Shown piece after piece: positions 50,464 through 62,564 of a DNA stretch of 64,000 nucleotides; within the stretch, counting starts at the first letter, position 1, and every line of letters begins with the position of its first letter. The position numbers and the translations under genes are program-made. The stretch spans positions 4,898,001-4,962,000 of the forward strand of contig OX597837.1 of assembly GCA_951406725.2 (NCBI GenBank), read 5' to 3'. The notes below the pieces were generated by a model, which saw only the letters and a program-made list of their open reading frames with translations, was not told the DNA's origin and made no database searches. The DNA is from Octopus vulgaris (Eukaryota).

Positions 50464-50616
50464 CTCCACAGATCCATCCTCATTGGTCAGATCAATAACT
50501 TCCATCTCAAAACTATCGTCCTCGTATTCCTTACGTGTTTTCCAGCCACCACCACCATTATTATTATTATTAATAATATTATTATTGTAATTATAATTAT
50601 AATTGCGACTTGTCAT
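50464..50616 (-). CDS. Candidate unannotated coding first exon (MTSRNYN...EYEDDSFEMEVIDLTNEDGSVE)
   Basis: ATG in gcaacgATG context, donor GAG|gtaact (phase 0), upstream TATATAAG. Confidence 0.5.
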
Positions 50617-50782
50617 CGTTGCAGTGTTTACGGAATGAACACATTGAGAGAGTGGCTTGTGGATAAAGATAATCCTATAGTAATACAAGATTTAGCTAAA
50701 ACGATCAGCAGTGAAGCGGCTACTGTGTGTGGTATACAGTACACAGTGAAATTAATACTACTGCTGCTACTACTACTACTAG

Positions 50783-50790
50783 CTTATATA
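50783..50790 (-). promoter_or_regulatory. Candidate TATA box (TATATAAG)
   Basis: About 170 nt upstream of the ATG at 50616 in unique sequence; TATA-like words are common in this window. Confidence 0.3.
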
Positions 50791-50913
50791 GAGATTATCT
50801 CTAGAGAAGGTTTATATACATATATATCCACATACACATAATGCTAATTAAACTTATACAGTTTATTGTTTAGAGTATACATATATGTGTGTGTGTGTGT
50901 GTGTATATATATA

Positions 50914-51012
<99 letters not shown>

Positions 51013-51032
51013 ATACATACATATATACATAC

Positions 51033-51073
<41 letters not shown>

Positions 51074-51076
51074 CAA

Positions 51077-51113
<37 letters not shown>

Positions 51114-51116
51114 CAA

Positions 51117-51161
<45 letters not shown>

Positions 51162-52155
51162 CAAATATACATACATATATATAAATATATATATAAGCAT
51201 CATCAAAGTGGATGTTTAAATGATGGTATTAAATTATAAACAAACTGAATGAGCTTATTTAGCACGGTGTGTGTGTGTGTGTTTACATATATGTATATTT
51301 GTGTATATGTTTGTATGTGTATGTATGTATGTATTCTCCACACAGTCTGTAGGATCCAGTCTTCACATGTGTAGGTAGAGAGACAAGCCCTACCTCAGTA
51401 CGGGGTTGAAAGCTGTTGGCTACCCACACCGTGGTTCAGCCAGCCTGTGGAAGCTGTTGCACAGGGTGTGGCCACTATTGCATGCAGACAGCTTTGAAGA
51501 GCCACAGGTGAGGGGCAAACAAACTACTCTGAAGAGCCTCACATGTTCCTGCTGTCAGTGATACTAGCCCCATCAAGCTACTCCATGCACCTCAAGGACA
51601 TGCTCAAAGCCTCAATGAAGGGCTTTGAGACCAACCATGATGCTTGGGGAAAAACATACATAAGACTGCCCCACCTGGTGAGGATGCACCAACAGAGGTG
51701 TCACCCCTGACAAATAGAACAAGGCTGCAGGGACAGAAAGAAAATGGTCCAGAGCGAACTTCTTGTCTTCAGATCCAGCAGACCCCTAGTGTCCAACCTG
51801 TGGCAGAGCCTTCCAAGCATGCATCAGATTGATTGGCCATAGCAGGACACACTTATTTCTTTTTTAGCCCACAAGGGGCTAAATATAGAGGGTGCAAACA
51901 AGGACAGACAAAGAGATTAAGTCGATTACATCAACCTCAGTGCGTAACTGGTACTTAATTTATCGACCCCGAAAGGATGAAAGGCAAAGTCGATCTCAGC
52001 GGAATTTGAACTCAGAACATAACGGGAGACAAAATACTGCTAAGCATTTCGCCCGGCACGCTAACGTTTCTGCCAGCTCGCCACCTTCATGGCAGGACAC
52101 ACTGTAACCCGACTTCTCCCATCTGATGCCCTTGGCTCATTGCCAATAACAATGA

Positions 52156-52201
<46 letters not shown>

Positions 52202-52416
52202 GTTTCAAATGTTGTCACAAGGCCAGCAATTTTGTGGGGAGGGGTGAGTCGATTACATCGGTCCCAGTACTCAATCGGTACTTATTTTATCAAGCCCTGA
52301 AAGGATGAAAGGTAAAGCCAACCTCAGCAGAATTTGAACTCAGAAGGTAGCAACAGGCGGAATACTGCCAAGCATTTCATCCAGCGCACTAATGATTCTG
52401 CCAGCTCACCACCTTC

Positions 52417-52464
<48 letters not shown>

Positions 52465-52466
<2 letters not shown>

Positions 52467-53035
52467 GTACCAGGCAGTGGCTCTCATGGCTTCTGATCTT
52501 AACTGATTAGAAGTGTTATCATGTACATTGTTTTGTCTTGGTATAAAAGATGGGCTACAGCAAATATTCTGCTCAATACCACAGATTTGCTTGTCAGTTG
52601 TTTGACCTTAACCAGTTGAGCATGTCCCTTAGTGGCTGACGATATGTGCATCTCTGATCACGAGCAGAAGTAGTGGGGGAGCATCATAGCCATGTGTTGA
52701 GAGGGATTCTTTGGGGTTTGAATAGTTCACCTCTGGAAACATGGGTGGTTCTTTCAACATCCTTAAACAACCCTTATTCAGAGACCTTTTGAGCGGGATG
52801 GGCTACTCAACCTGAAGAAAATTCTAACTGGGCCCCACCTGCAAGGTCATGTGCTGTTTATCTTGATATGAGATCACCATGTCGCGCACATATGGTTGTG
52901 ATGCATGTGCCTGGTGTACCTTTATCAGACGGGTAGTCATGATGGGTATATTGGGCTTCGTATATTTTACCCCAGTGTCACTTTGATGGCATGCACTGCT
53001 CTCTCACTCAATAATAATAATAATAATAACAATAA
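52465..53035 (+). mobile_element. (AAT)n-tailed retroposon 3' region; 5'-truncated copies 26861-27130 and 38335-38740
   Basis: Three copies share the 3' end GCATGCACTGCTCTCTCACTC(AAT)n with variable 5' truncation. Confidence 0.85.
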
Positions 53036-53039
53036 TAAA

Positions 53040-53384
53040 TTCTGGTTTTATTGGCCACAAGGGCTAACATAAATCAAAAAACATGTAAGGACAGATACGG
53101 GACGAAAAGTACAAAGGGTTTTGCGAGAAAAAAAGGTCCGTGTAAACATTTAAATAACGGCGAAAAATATAACAAATAAAAACTGCCAATAGGGGGAGTG
53201 TCGCTTCGAAAGATTACTTGTGGAAAAACCCATAAAAGCCACAGGGGCCTGGTCAAAAAGGGGTAGGGAGCCCCTTCTTTTATATTAGCTTTTTTTTTTT
53301 TACAGGTGTAACCTCAGAATTGGTCCATTCATACTGGCCATTTTACCGACATTCACCCACCTTTCAATAAATTTGCTACGAGAC

Positions 53385-53385
<1 letters not shown>
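53040..53385 (-). mobile_element. L1/Tx1-like LINE 3' end (ORF2 C-terminus plus 3'UTR)
   Basis: SRSKFIERWVNVGKMASMNGPILRLHL* followed by a 3'UTR ending CCTTGTGGCCAATAAAA. Confidence 0.55.
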
Positions 53386-53419
<34 letters not shown>

Positions 53420-53770
53420 TATAATAATAATAATAATAATTATAATAATAATAATATTAATAAATGCATGCATGTGTTTGCAGGTGTGCTTGCATGCAAT
53501 TTTAAAGTTAAAATATCAACATCAGATGATTATATATATGTGTGTGTGTGTGTATATCCCCTCTCTCTCTCTCTTTCGGAGAGGCACAAGCACCTACACG
53601 CACATATACACACACGGCAGTAACTTCCACCTACCGAATTCAATCACAAAGCTCCGGTCAGCTCGGGGCTATAGTGAAAGACACCTACCCAAAGTGCCAC
53701 GCAGTGGGACTGAACCCGAAACCATATAGCTAGGAAGCAAGCTCCCTAACCACACAGCCATGCCCGCGCC

Positions 53771-53817
<47 letters not shown>

Positions 53818-54509
53818 AGAGAGAGAGAGAGAGAGAGAGACATAGGTAGGTACAATAAATTCAGGGATGTCAGAATAAGTTGTTCTATAAAGCCCGAAAC
53901 ATATGTACCGCAACATCTTTTGCGTCCTGTTTTTCATTTAGATAGATAGATAGATATACACACACACACACACACACAGAGGAAGAGAGAGAGAGAGAGA
54001 GAGAGAGAGGAAGAGAGAAATACAGCAACATAGAAAAGAACAGAAAGAGGGAACAAATATAAATACATAGAGAAACAGAGAAGGTGGAGGGTAAGGCAGT
54101 AGAAGGGGGAAATAGGGGTGGAAAGAGAGAGAGAGAGAGAGTGAAGGAGGGAGGGAGAACACAGAAAGTGGCATGTTAAAGATCTTCCTTTGACAGTTAG
54201 GTTAGTGAGGTGATACTGAGCAAAGAGCAGGTAACTCTGGCGACTCGACTGAACCGAAACCGGAGAAAACCTAATTCTATTTCATATTGAGAAAGAGGAA
54301 TTTTTTATTTAGAAACATTAAGCTCACAGGAAGAAAAGACAGAAAAATATTAAGAGTATTAAAAGATTAAATTATTGAGAAAATCCCAAGCCAGAATTAT
54401 TTCATACTTCTAAGCGAAGTTTCAAATGGTTGCCCACTCTACTAGAAATAGCAGTCAAATCTTCTTCAGATTATACTCAGTAGGCTATAAAAAAAAAAAA
54501 AAAATGATA

Positions 54510-54676
54510 CCATATTTTAACATGTATAAGAAACCCTTTTTTTTTTGTTAAAAATTAGGTTAAAAAATATGGGAGTTTCTTATACGTGGATAATACTATA
54601 ATCCTTTACAAAACCGTTTTTTCCAAATTTTAAGCCCCAAATATTTAGGGAGTTTCTTATACACGTTAAAATACGG
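54510..54676. mobile_element. Tc1/mariner-superfamily (Tc2/pogo-like) MITE with TA TSD
   Basis: ta|CCATATTTTAACATGTATAAGAAAC ... GTTTCTTATACACGTTAAAATACGG|ta. Confidence 0.8.
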
Positions 54677-54924
54677 TATAATTAGATTAATGGTCCTTAA
54701 CCTGGGTCCATATGACCTTCGGGGCTCCATGTGAGGTTTTGTTGTTAAAATTTATGTATGATAGACGTAGGAGTGGCTGTGTGGTAAGTAGCTTGCTTAC
54801 CAACCACATGGTTCTGGGTTCAGTCCCACTGCGTGGCATCTGGGCAAGTGTCTTCTACTATAGCCTCAGGTCAACCGAAGACTTGTGAGTGGATTTGGTA
54901 GGCGGAAACTGAAAGAAGCCTGTC

Positions 54925-54966
<42 letters not shown>

Positions 54967-55154
54967 GCATGTGTGTGTGTCCCCAACATTGCTTGACAAC
55001 CGATGCTGGTGTGTTTATGTCCCCATAACTTAACAGTTCAGCAAAAGAGACTGATAGAATAAGTACTACGTTTACAAAGAATAAGTCCTGGGGTCAATTT
55101 GCTCAACTAAAGGCAGTGCTCCAGCATTGCAACAGTCAAAAAGTAAAAGAGTAC

Positions 55155-55202
<48 letters not shown>

Positions 55203-55712
55203 AAGTGCATCTAAGTAATCACCGTATTCCAATTTCCTTCACTTTTCAATGAATGGCAGATGAGCGACTATCTTTTGATACGCTTTCAGGTTTTGGGGAT
55301 AAAGCTTTCAGAAATAACCCGATAAGTTTACTATTAATTCCATGAAATATTCACGGGTCTCGCTTCTTATTTATCGCTTTGGTTACTTCAAGTTCCAATG
55401 TTGATTATTTCATACGCATTCCTCGGATCCACTGGATCCTGCCTAATCATCTTACCCATGCCAGCGTGGAACGAAGATGCTAAAATGAGGATGGTGTGTG
55501 TGTGTGTGTGTGTGTTTCTTGACATCACTCACTCCGTGCCAGGTATGCTGTTTGGAATAAGAGATCCTTTATAAGAATAATCAGGTAAGGATTAATTGTA
55601 GGAAGGATTATCAGGCTGCAAAAGGGTGCCAGGAAACCATATCTAAACGAAAGTAAGACAAATAAACAGCTGTGCAAGTGTGTGTGTATGTATGCCTCTC
55701 TGTATGCATGAT

Positions 55713-55743
<31 letters not shown>

Positions 55744-55750
55744 ATGTATG

Positions 55751-55788
<38 letters not shown>

Positions 55789-56481
55789 GGAGTGGCAGTG
55801 TGGTAAGTAGCTTGCTTACCAACCACATGGTTCCAGGTTCAGTCACACTGAGTGGCACCCTGGGAGTGGATTTGGTAGATGGAAACTGAAAGAAGCCCGT
55901 CGTATATGTGTGTGTGTTGTGTGTCCACCATCGCTTGACAACAGATGTTGGTGAGTTCACATCCCCATAACGTAGCGGTTCGGCAAAAGAGACCGATAGG
56001 ATAAGTACTAGGATTACAAAAAATAAGTTCTGGGGTCGATTTGTTCGACTAAAGGCAGTGCCCCAGCATGGCCACAGTCAAATGACTGAAACAAATAAAA
56101 GCATAAAAGTATATAGGAATATACATGTATATAAATGTGTGTATGTGTGTGTGTATGTATCTATGTCTCATTTGCGTATGTATGTGTGTATTCCACCTGT
56201 GTCTCATTAAAATAATGCGAAGACATTCTATCATTCCATTTCTTTGATGTATCGCAATTCCATTTTCTTAATATTGCACTAAGACACACAGACGGACACA
56301 CGGACACACGCATAGAAACTGACATATGCATCCAGAAACACGTGAGCTGAAACGGACTGACTGACACACACACAGACTGACATACGCATCCAGAAATATA
56401 CATGGACTGACACAGAGACCAACTGACACACACATCACATGCATGAACACCCGGACACACAGACACACTGTCACATGCACA

Positions 56482-56529
<48 letters not shown>

Positions 56530-57268
56530 GAGTTTGTTTTTCTCTTTGCTCACGTCATTCCGCTTCCGTTTTCTAGAAATTCAATTAATCCAAATAAAAT
56601 ATTCTTCCGATCACAAAATGGTTGACAATCATAAGATTGGGAAAAAAGAGGGAGGGGGCAAGAGAACACAAGACAAATGGAATCGGTGAACATACCGTAA
56701 AAAATGAACACATCCTTTTTTTTTTATCGTTTCAGTCTGTGGCCATGCTGGAGCACCGCCTTGAAGAGTTTAGTCCAAGTAATCAACCCCAGTACTTATG
56801 TTTTGAGCTTGGTACTTATTTTATCAAGTCTCTTTTGCTGAACTGCTAAGTGATGGGGACGTAAACAAACCAACACTGGTTATCAAGCAGTAGTGGGGGA
56901 CAAACACATACAGCTACATGCACATAAATGCATACATCTAGCACTACCTACTACTGACCAGGGGTAGAGACAAAAGAGCCACTCCCAATTCCTTCTTCCC
57001 TGACCTTAAACAATACTAAGCCCTACAACACACAAAGATTAACAGCCACAATCACACACACACATGTACACACATGTTATCATTGCACACATACACACAC
57101 ACGCAGACCTTCGTGCAAGCACATATCCACACTTACACACACATACCTCCTCTTGCACTCTCCTGTCTTTGAAAGAACTTTTCTTCACCCATTCCGTTCC
57201 GGTCATTCAAAATGTGACCGCGTGTGTACCGTTGCCGATTTTTTTTCCTCCGTCTTCCCTTCTCCTAT

Positions 57269-57303
57269 GTTTCCGACGAAGAGCTCCGCTCGAAACGTTA
57301 AAC
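57269..57303 (+). ncRNA. Minimal hammerhead-like motif (core CCGACGA) in a Penelope-like terminal repeat; decayed copy at 60494-60528
   Basis: GUUU-CCGACGA-A-GAGC(UCC)GCUC-GAAAC-GUU-AAAC. Confidence 0.6.
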
Positions 57304-57464
57304 CCTCCTTCTTTCCTTCCTGAGCGTCCAATAATACTTTATTTGTTCCACGTCCTTGCGTTGTTGTTTTTTTGTGCTTTCATGTTTGGATTAACTTTAT
57401 ATATATATATATATATATGCCGGAATAAACAATGGAATGGTCACAAATGGAACGCTTGTGACCA

Positions 57465-58350
57465 TTGCAATCTTAGATACACTATGCCTGAATGAAAGAT
57501 GGAACGGTCACAGCTGGAGCACTTTTGACCACAGACCTGCTGGATGAGGGTCAACCAGGTAAGAATACAGTACACAATGTGGTCCTAGATACACTATGTC
57601 TGAATATAAGATGGGATGGTCATGACTGGAAGCAAACCTGAATTCAGCAATAAGGAATAGCACCATCATCGTTTAACATCTGGTCTCCATGCTGGCATCG
57701 GTTGGACAGTTTGAGATGAAGCTGACCAGCTGCGAGCTGTCCAGATTCCAGCTGTTTGTTGTGACATGGTTTCTACAGTTGGATGCCCTTCCTAATGGCA
57801 ACCACTTAAGAATGTGTAAAAAAAAAAAAAAGAAACATACATTCTTGTGCTAGAAATCGAACCTGGGCTGCCCAGGTGACAGCTAGGAATCCTAACCACT
57901 AGACCACGTGAGAAAGCCAACACACAAAAAAAAAATACTCCTAGATACACTGCGCCTGAATAAAAGACGGCGGTCACGGCTGGATGGAACACCTGTGATA
58001 CAGATTTGCAGGTCCAAGGCCTAAACACATTAAACTATGTACTCTTTAGATATACTTTGTCTGAATATAAGATGGGATGGTCATGACTGGAAGGAACACG
58101 TGACTAAGGGTCAAAGCAAACCTGGATTAAACAATAAGGAAATCACTAAACAAAATACTCTTAGATACATTGTGCCTGAATAAAAGACAGGGTGGTCACA
58201 TCTGGACAGAACACCTGTGATATAGAGCTACAGGGTCAACGCTGACCAGGAGTCAATAAATACATTAAACGATGTACTCTTAGATACATTATGCCTAAGT
58301 AAAAGAACAAGATGGTTAAACCTGAAATACCTTTAATCCTATTCCTGTCT
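57465..58350. repeat. Locally clustered diverged repeat, about 6-7 copies of CTTAGATACACTATGCCTGAATAAAAGA.GGGATGGTCA
   Basis: Directly visible recurrence at ~120-bp spacing, interrupted by a family-B copy and a tRNA-like sequence. Confidence 0.75.
57842..57913 (-). pseudogene. tRNA pseudogene: Glu-like body with a GTC (Asp) anticodon
   Basis: TCTCACGTGGTCTAGTGGTTAGGATTCCTAG-CTGTCAC-CTGGGCAGCCCAGGTTCGATTTCTAG; acceptor stem has 3 mismatches. Confidence 0.7.
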
Positions 58351-58749
58351 AACCATGAAGTACCTAGGGTTAAAAAGGCTTCACATAAAGTAATTACATT
58401 TTATCAGTCAATTAAGAAGCAAAAAAACTAATGAATTTATAATTATTTTCAGGGTACCGGAGAGCAATTAGTCACTTTAAGCATTAATTAACAACAGGTG
58501 TATTATGGGACAATCTGAACAGGAACAACATCAAAAGTTACAGGGATGGGGGGGGGGGGTAGAGGTGGCTAATAGACGAGGTGGGGGTGCTTTGAGTTGT
58601 GTATGTGTGGCCTAATGGTTAGGGTGTTGCATTCCTGATTGTCAGATCATGGGTTCAATTCCTGGACTGGGTGGTGTGTTGTGTTCTTGAACAAAACACT
58701 TCATTTCACATAGTTCTAGTGTTGTTGTTGTTAAGCAACAAGACAGTAC

Positions 58750-59070
58750 CTTATTTCTATGATGAATGAATCACAATCAGTGATAAACGAGGCTACACGT
58801 ATCTTATTTCTGTGATGAATGAATCACAATCAGTGATAAATGAGGCTACATGTATCTTATTTCTGTGATGAATGAATCACAATCAGTAATAAACGAGGCT
58901 ACACGTATCTTATTTCTGTGATGAATGAATCACAATCAGTGATAAATGAGGCTACACGTATCTTATTTCTGTGATGAATGAATCACAATCAGTAATAAAC
59001 GAGGCTACACGTATCCTATTTCTGTGATGAATGAATCACAAACAGTGGTAAACGAGGCTACATGTATCTT
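58750..59070. repeat. 53-bp minisatellite, 6 copies
   Basis: Unit ATCTTATTTCTGTGATGAATGAATCACAATCAGTGATAAACGAGGCTACACGT; starts at 58801, 58854, 58907 and so on. Confidence 0.93.
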
Positions 59071-60332
59071 ACTTTTACTTCCTTTACATAATACTTCCCT
59101 CGCAGAGGGATCGGAAAACCATATTGCCCTTGGTGGAATTTCAAACACAACATGTAAAGGAAAGGCACAAATGATTTTGTCTGATGCTCAACCGATCCGG
59201 CCAGTATGGCACTATTGAGAGATAACAGAGAACAAGTGATGAAGATGACATACTTGTGGGTGAACAAAGATCATTCCGGATAGCATAGTCTGCAGTCTGA
59301 GGAATTTATCAATTACAAAAGCTGATAAGGAAAATGTTCATATCAGACAAACAATATTTTGCTGAGATATAGACACTAACAATAACAACGGTCAGCCAGT
59401 GAATTAGGTCATTGGATAGAATGACTGATGTTTGTTTCAGTGCTCTGAGATCAGAGTTCAAATCTCACTGAGGTTGTCTTTACCTTTTGCTTGCTTGTTT
59501 GTTTGTTTTTTTATGGGATTTTCTTTTTTTTTTTTTTTGGCTTCGGTCATTTAACTGTGGCCTATATATATATGTATATATATATATATATGTGTATGTA
59601 TGTATGTATATATATACAAACACACACGACAGGCTTCTTTCAGTTTCTGTCTACCAAATCCACAAACAAGGCTCTGGTTGACCCGATGCTGTAATAGAAG
59701 ATACTTGCTCAAGGTGGCACACAGTGGGACTGAACCAAGAACCAAGTGGTTGGGAAACAAGCTTCTTACCACAGCCACATGTTTTTTTTTACTTCTCTTT
59801 CAGCAGCAGGGGGGGGGATAAATTAGCAGTCAAGAACAATGGAATGGTGGAATTGTTAAGAGTGGAGAAGAACATGTTGCTTTGTGGTACACACATCCTG
59901 GGATCTTTTCCGTTCTTGCATTCTGAGACCTAATTCCAGTTCCTATCACTGTCTCCTACCAGAATATGAACCATTTCAGCACAGCCGTTTTATGCCACCT
60001 GTTTGACATCATTTAATTCAACACTGACTCATTCAACATCAAGTGTTTTTAATGTTCCCCTCAGTTTAACCCTCCTCCTATTCTTCTCTCTGTTTATGCA
60101 TGTGAGTGTCTGGTTCGGTTTGCATGTATGTGTAATGCCTGCCTTAGCCTACTTATGTATTGCTGTCGCAGTATTTTCATGCTGATGTATATAACAATCG
60201 TATAAGGCCTTTTCTTGACAAATTATTTTATAAAAGCCTATAGCTACCTTAAGTGTGCAGCAAGCACACACACACACATACACAGATCAGAATTGTTTCT
60301 ACATGACAGGAGAACTATATGTAATGTGTGTC

Positions 60333-60375
<43 letters not shown>

Positions 60376-60646
60376 AAGAATGTCTTTTGTGGGTACAGGA
60401 GTGGCCGTGTGGTAAGAAGCTTGTGAGTGGATTTGGTAGATAGAAACTGAAAGAAGCATGGCTATTTTTTTCCTCCTCCTTTCCTTTTCCTATGTATCTG
60501 ACAAAGAGCTCCACTTGAAACATTAAATCCTCCTTCTTTCCTTCCTTTCCTGAGCGTCCAATAACACTATACTTGTTTCACGTCCTCGCATTGTTGTGTT
60601 TTCTCTTTGTGTTTTCATGTTTGGATTAACTTTATATATATATATA

Positions 60647-61130
60647 CAAGGGGTGTATGAAAAGTTTTGAGCCTAACCTAGAAATGGGGCTGCTAGGTAG
60701 CTGAAACAATTTTTTCTGGTAAGTACAGTCTTTTCAGAGTATTCTTGCTCATTTTCATGATTCTGAAGTTTTAATTTATTTTTTGTTAGAGATTTTTGAA
60801 TAAACAAGTGTCGAGGTTACAAGGGAAATGGAGAACACTGAGCACCGTGCTGTCATAAATTACCTACATTTGAAAGGCATGACTCGGTCAGAAATCCATG
60901 GAGATATGGTGAGAACCTTAGCAGACAATGCTCTTTCATATGCAACAGTCAAACGCTGGGTAAATGAATTCCAGCGTGGCAAGGAATGTGTGGAAGATGA
61001 TCCCACACCAGGGAGACCTTCAACTGCAACCACCGAGGACAACATTGACCTTGCTCTTGGTATGATAATGCAAGATCATCGAATATCATGTCGCCAGATA
61101 GCTGAGAGACTGGGCATCTCAAATGAAAGA
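60647..61130 (+). mobile_element. Truncated mariner transposon: left end plus transposase N-terminal HTH (ORF from 60828), cut off by a SINE
   Basis: MENTEHRAVINYLHLKG...SYATVKRWVNEFQRG...VEDDPTPGRP...DHRISCRQIAERLGIS is a typical mariner DNA-binding region; inserted in (TA)n. Confidence 0.9.
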
Positions 61131-62525
61131 CAGAAACGGAAAGAAGCCCATCGTAAATATGTATATGTGTGTGTGTATATGTTTGTGTGTCTGAATTTGT
61201 CCCCCCAACATCGCTTGACAACCGATGCTGGTGTGTTTACGTCCCCGTAACTTAGCAGCTCGGTAAAAGAGACCGACAGAATAAGTACTAGGCTTACAAA
61301 GAATAAGTCCTGGGGTCGATTTGCACGACTAAAGGTGGTGCTCCAGCATGGCCACAGTCAAATGACTGAAACAAGTAAAAGAGTAAAGAGAGTATGACAG
61401 AAAATTCCTGCGAGTATTTCCGAACTCAGCACCATCAAATTAGAAGGGAGTAATTGTAAAAAGGAAGAGAACTAAAAAATTTTTTGAAGATGTTCCCCAG
61501 TGACAAATTATTTTACAAAAGCCAATGGCTACCTTGAGTGTTTCCTTATGGCACATGCCAGATATACACACACACACACACAAAGAACTGAGTTGTACTT
61601 ACATGAGAGGAAAGCTCATCTGGGAGATATAAACATATTGAAACTATGAAACAATTTACAGTATTTAAATAACTAAGGCTTCCTTTATATTCCACCTGAT
61701 CACTGATAGGTCTTTGATCATGAGGAAGATAGACAAGACATGTGCTGACGTTACCATTTATAGAATGCAACAAAGATCAACACTATGTGTGCATGTGTGC
61801 ATGTGTGTGTATGTGTGTGTGTTTAAATAGTTACCATGACTACATGTGTTTAAATAGTCTCATGATGTGGTTAAAATAATGATTATACCATCATCGCTTA
61901 ATATCTCTTATCATGTAGGCATGGGCTGGATGGCTCAACAGGAACTAATGAGGCAGAGGGTTGCATCAAGCTCTAATGTCTACTTTGGCATGGTTTCTAC
62001 AGCTGGATGCCCTTCCTAATGCCAACCCCTTCACAGATTGTACTGGGTGCTGTTTTCCTGGCACAGGCGCTAGTGAGGTCACCAAGTACCTGAAAGACTC
62101 CATTAACTGAGTGGGGTATAGTACTGAGGGATATCAATGTATAATAGAAGGACAGGAGCAGGTTTCTTGCTGAAGAGATGAATGTATTGCTTCTCTATTT
62201 TGACAGAGAGAAAGAAAGAGAGAGGTGAGTCTTAAAGTACACACACACACACACATAAAAGAAGCTTCTTTCAATTTCCCTCAACCAAATCCACTCACAA
62301 GGTTTTGGCTGGCCAGGGGGCAATGAATACCACTGTTGCACTTGAAGGGGGTCCTATTGAATAACCTCTGACCTTAATGCAATTTTTCTAAAAGTGTATT
62401 GTAATTTTTTTTTCCTATTTCAGATCTTTTTCCTGGTTATTCTAATATGCATTCAATTACCTAGAGCATTCTATACATACATATATAGGCATGACACCAT
62501 ACCATTATATACATAAACATGACAC

Positions 62526-62564
<39 letters not shown>

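Noticed and set aside
51330-51850. GC-richer island that might be an exon
   Set aside because: No long ORF or clear splice boundaries; probably an unclassified repeat fragment that I cannot assign.
58750-59070. CRISPR- or hammerhead-like reading of the 53-bp repeat
   Set aside because: Pure tandem units with no spacers and no CUGANGA/GAAA pair.
60828-61250. Intact or domesticated transposase gene
   Set aside because: Only the HTH part is present; the ORF runs into a SINE and lacks the DD34D catalytic domain.
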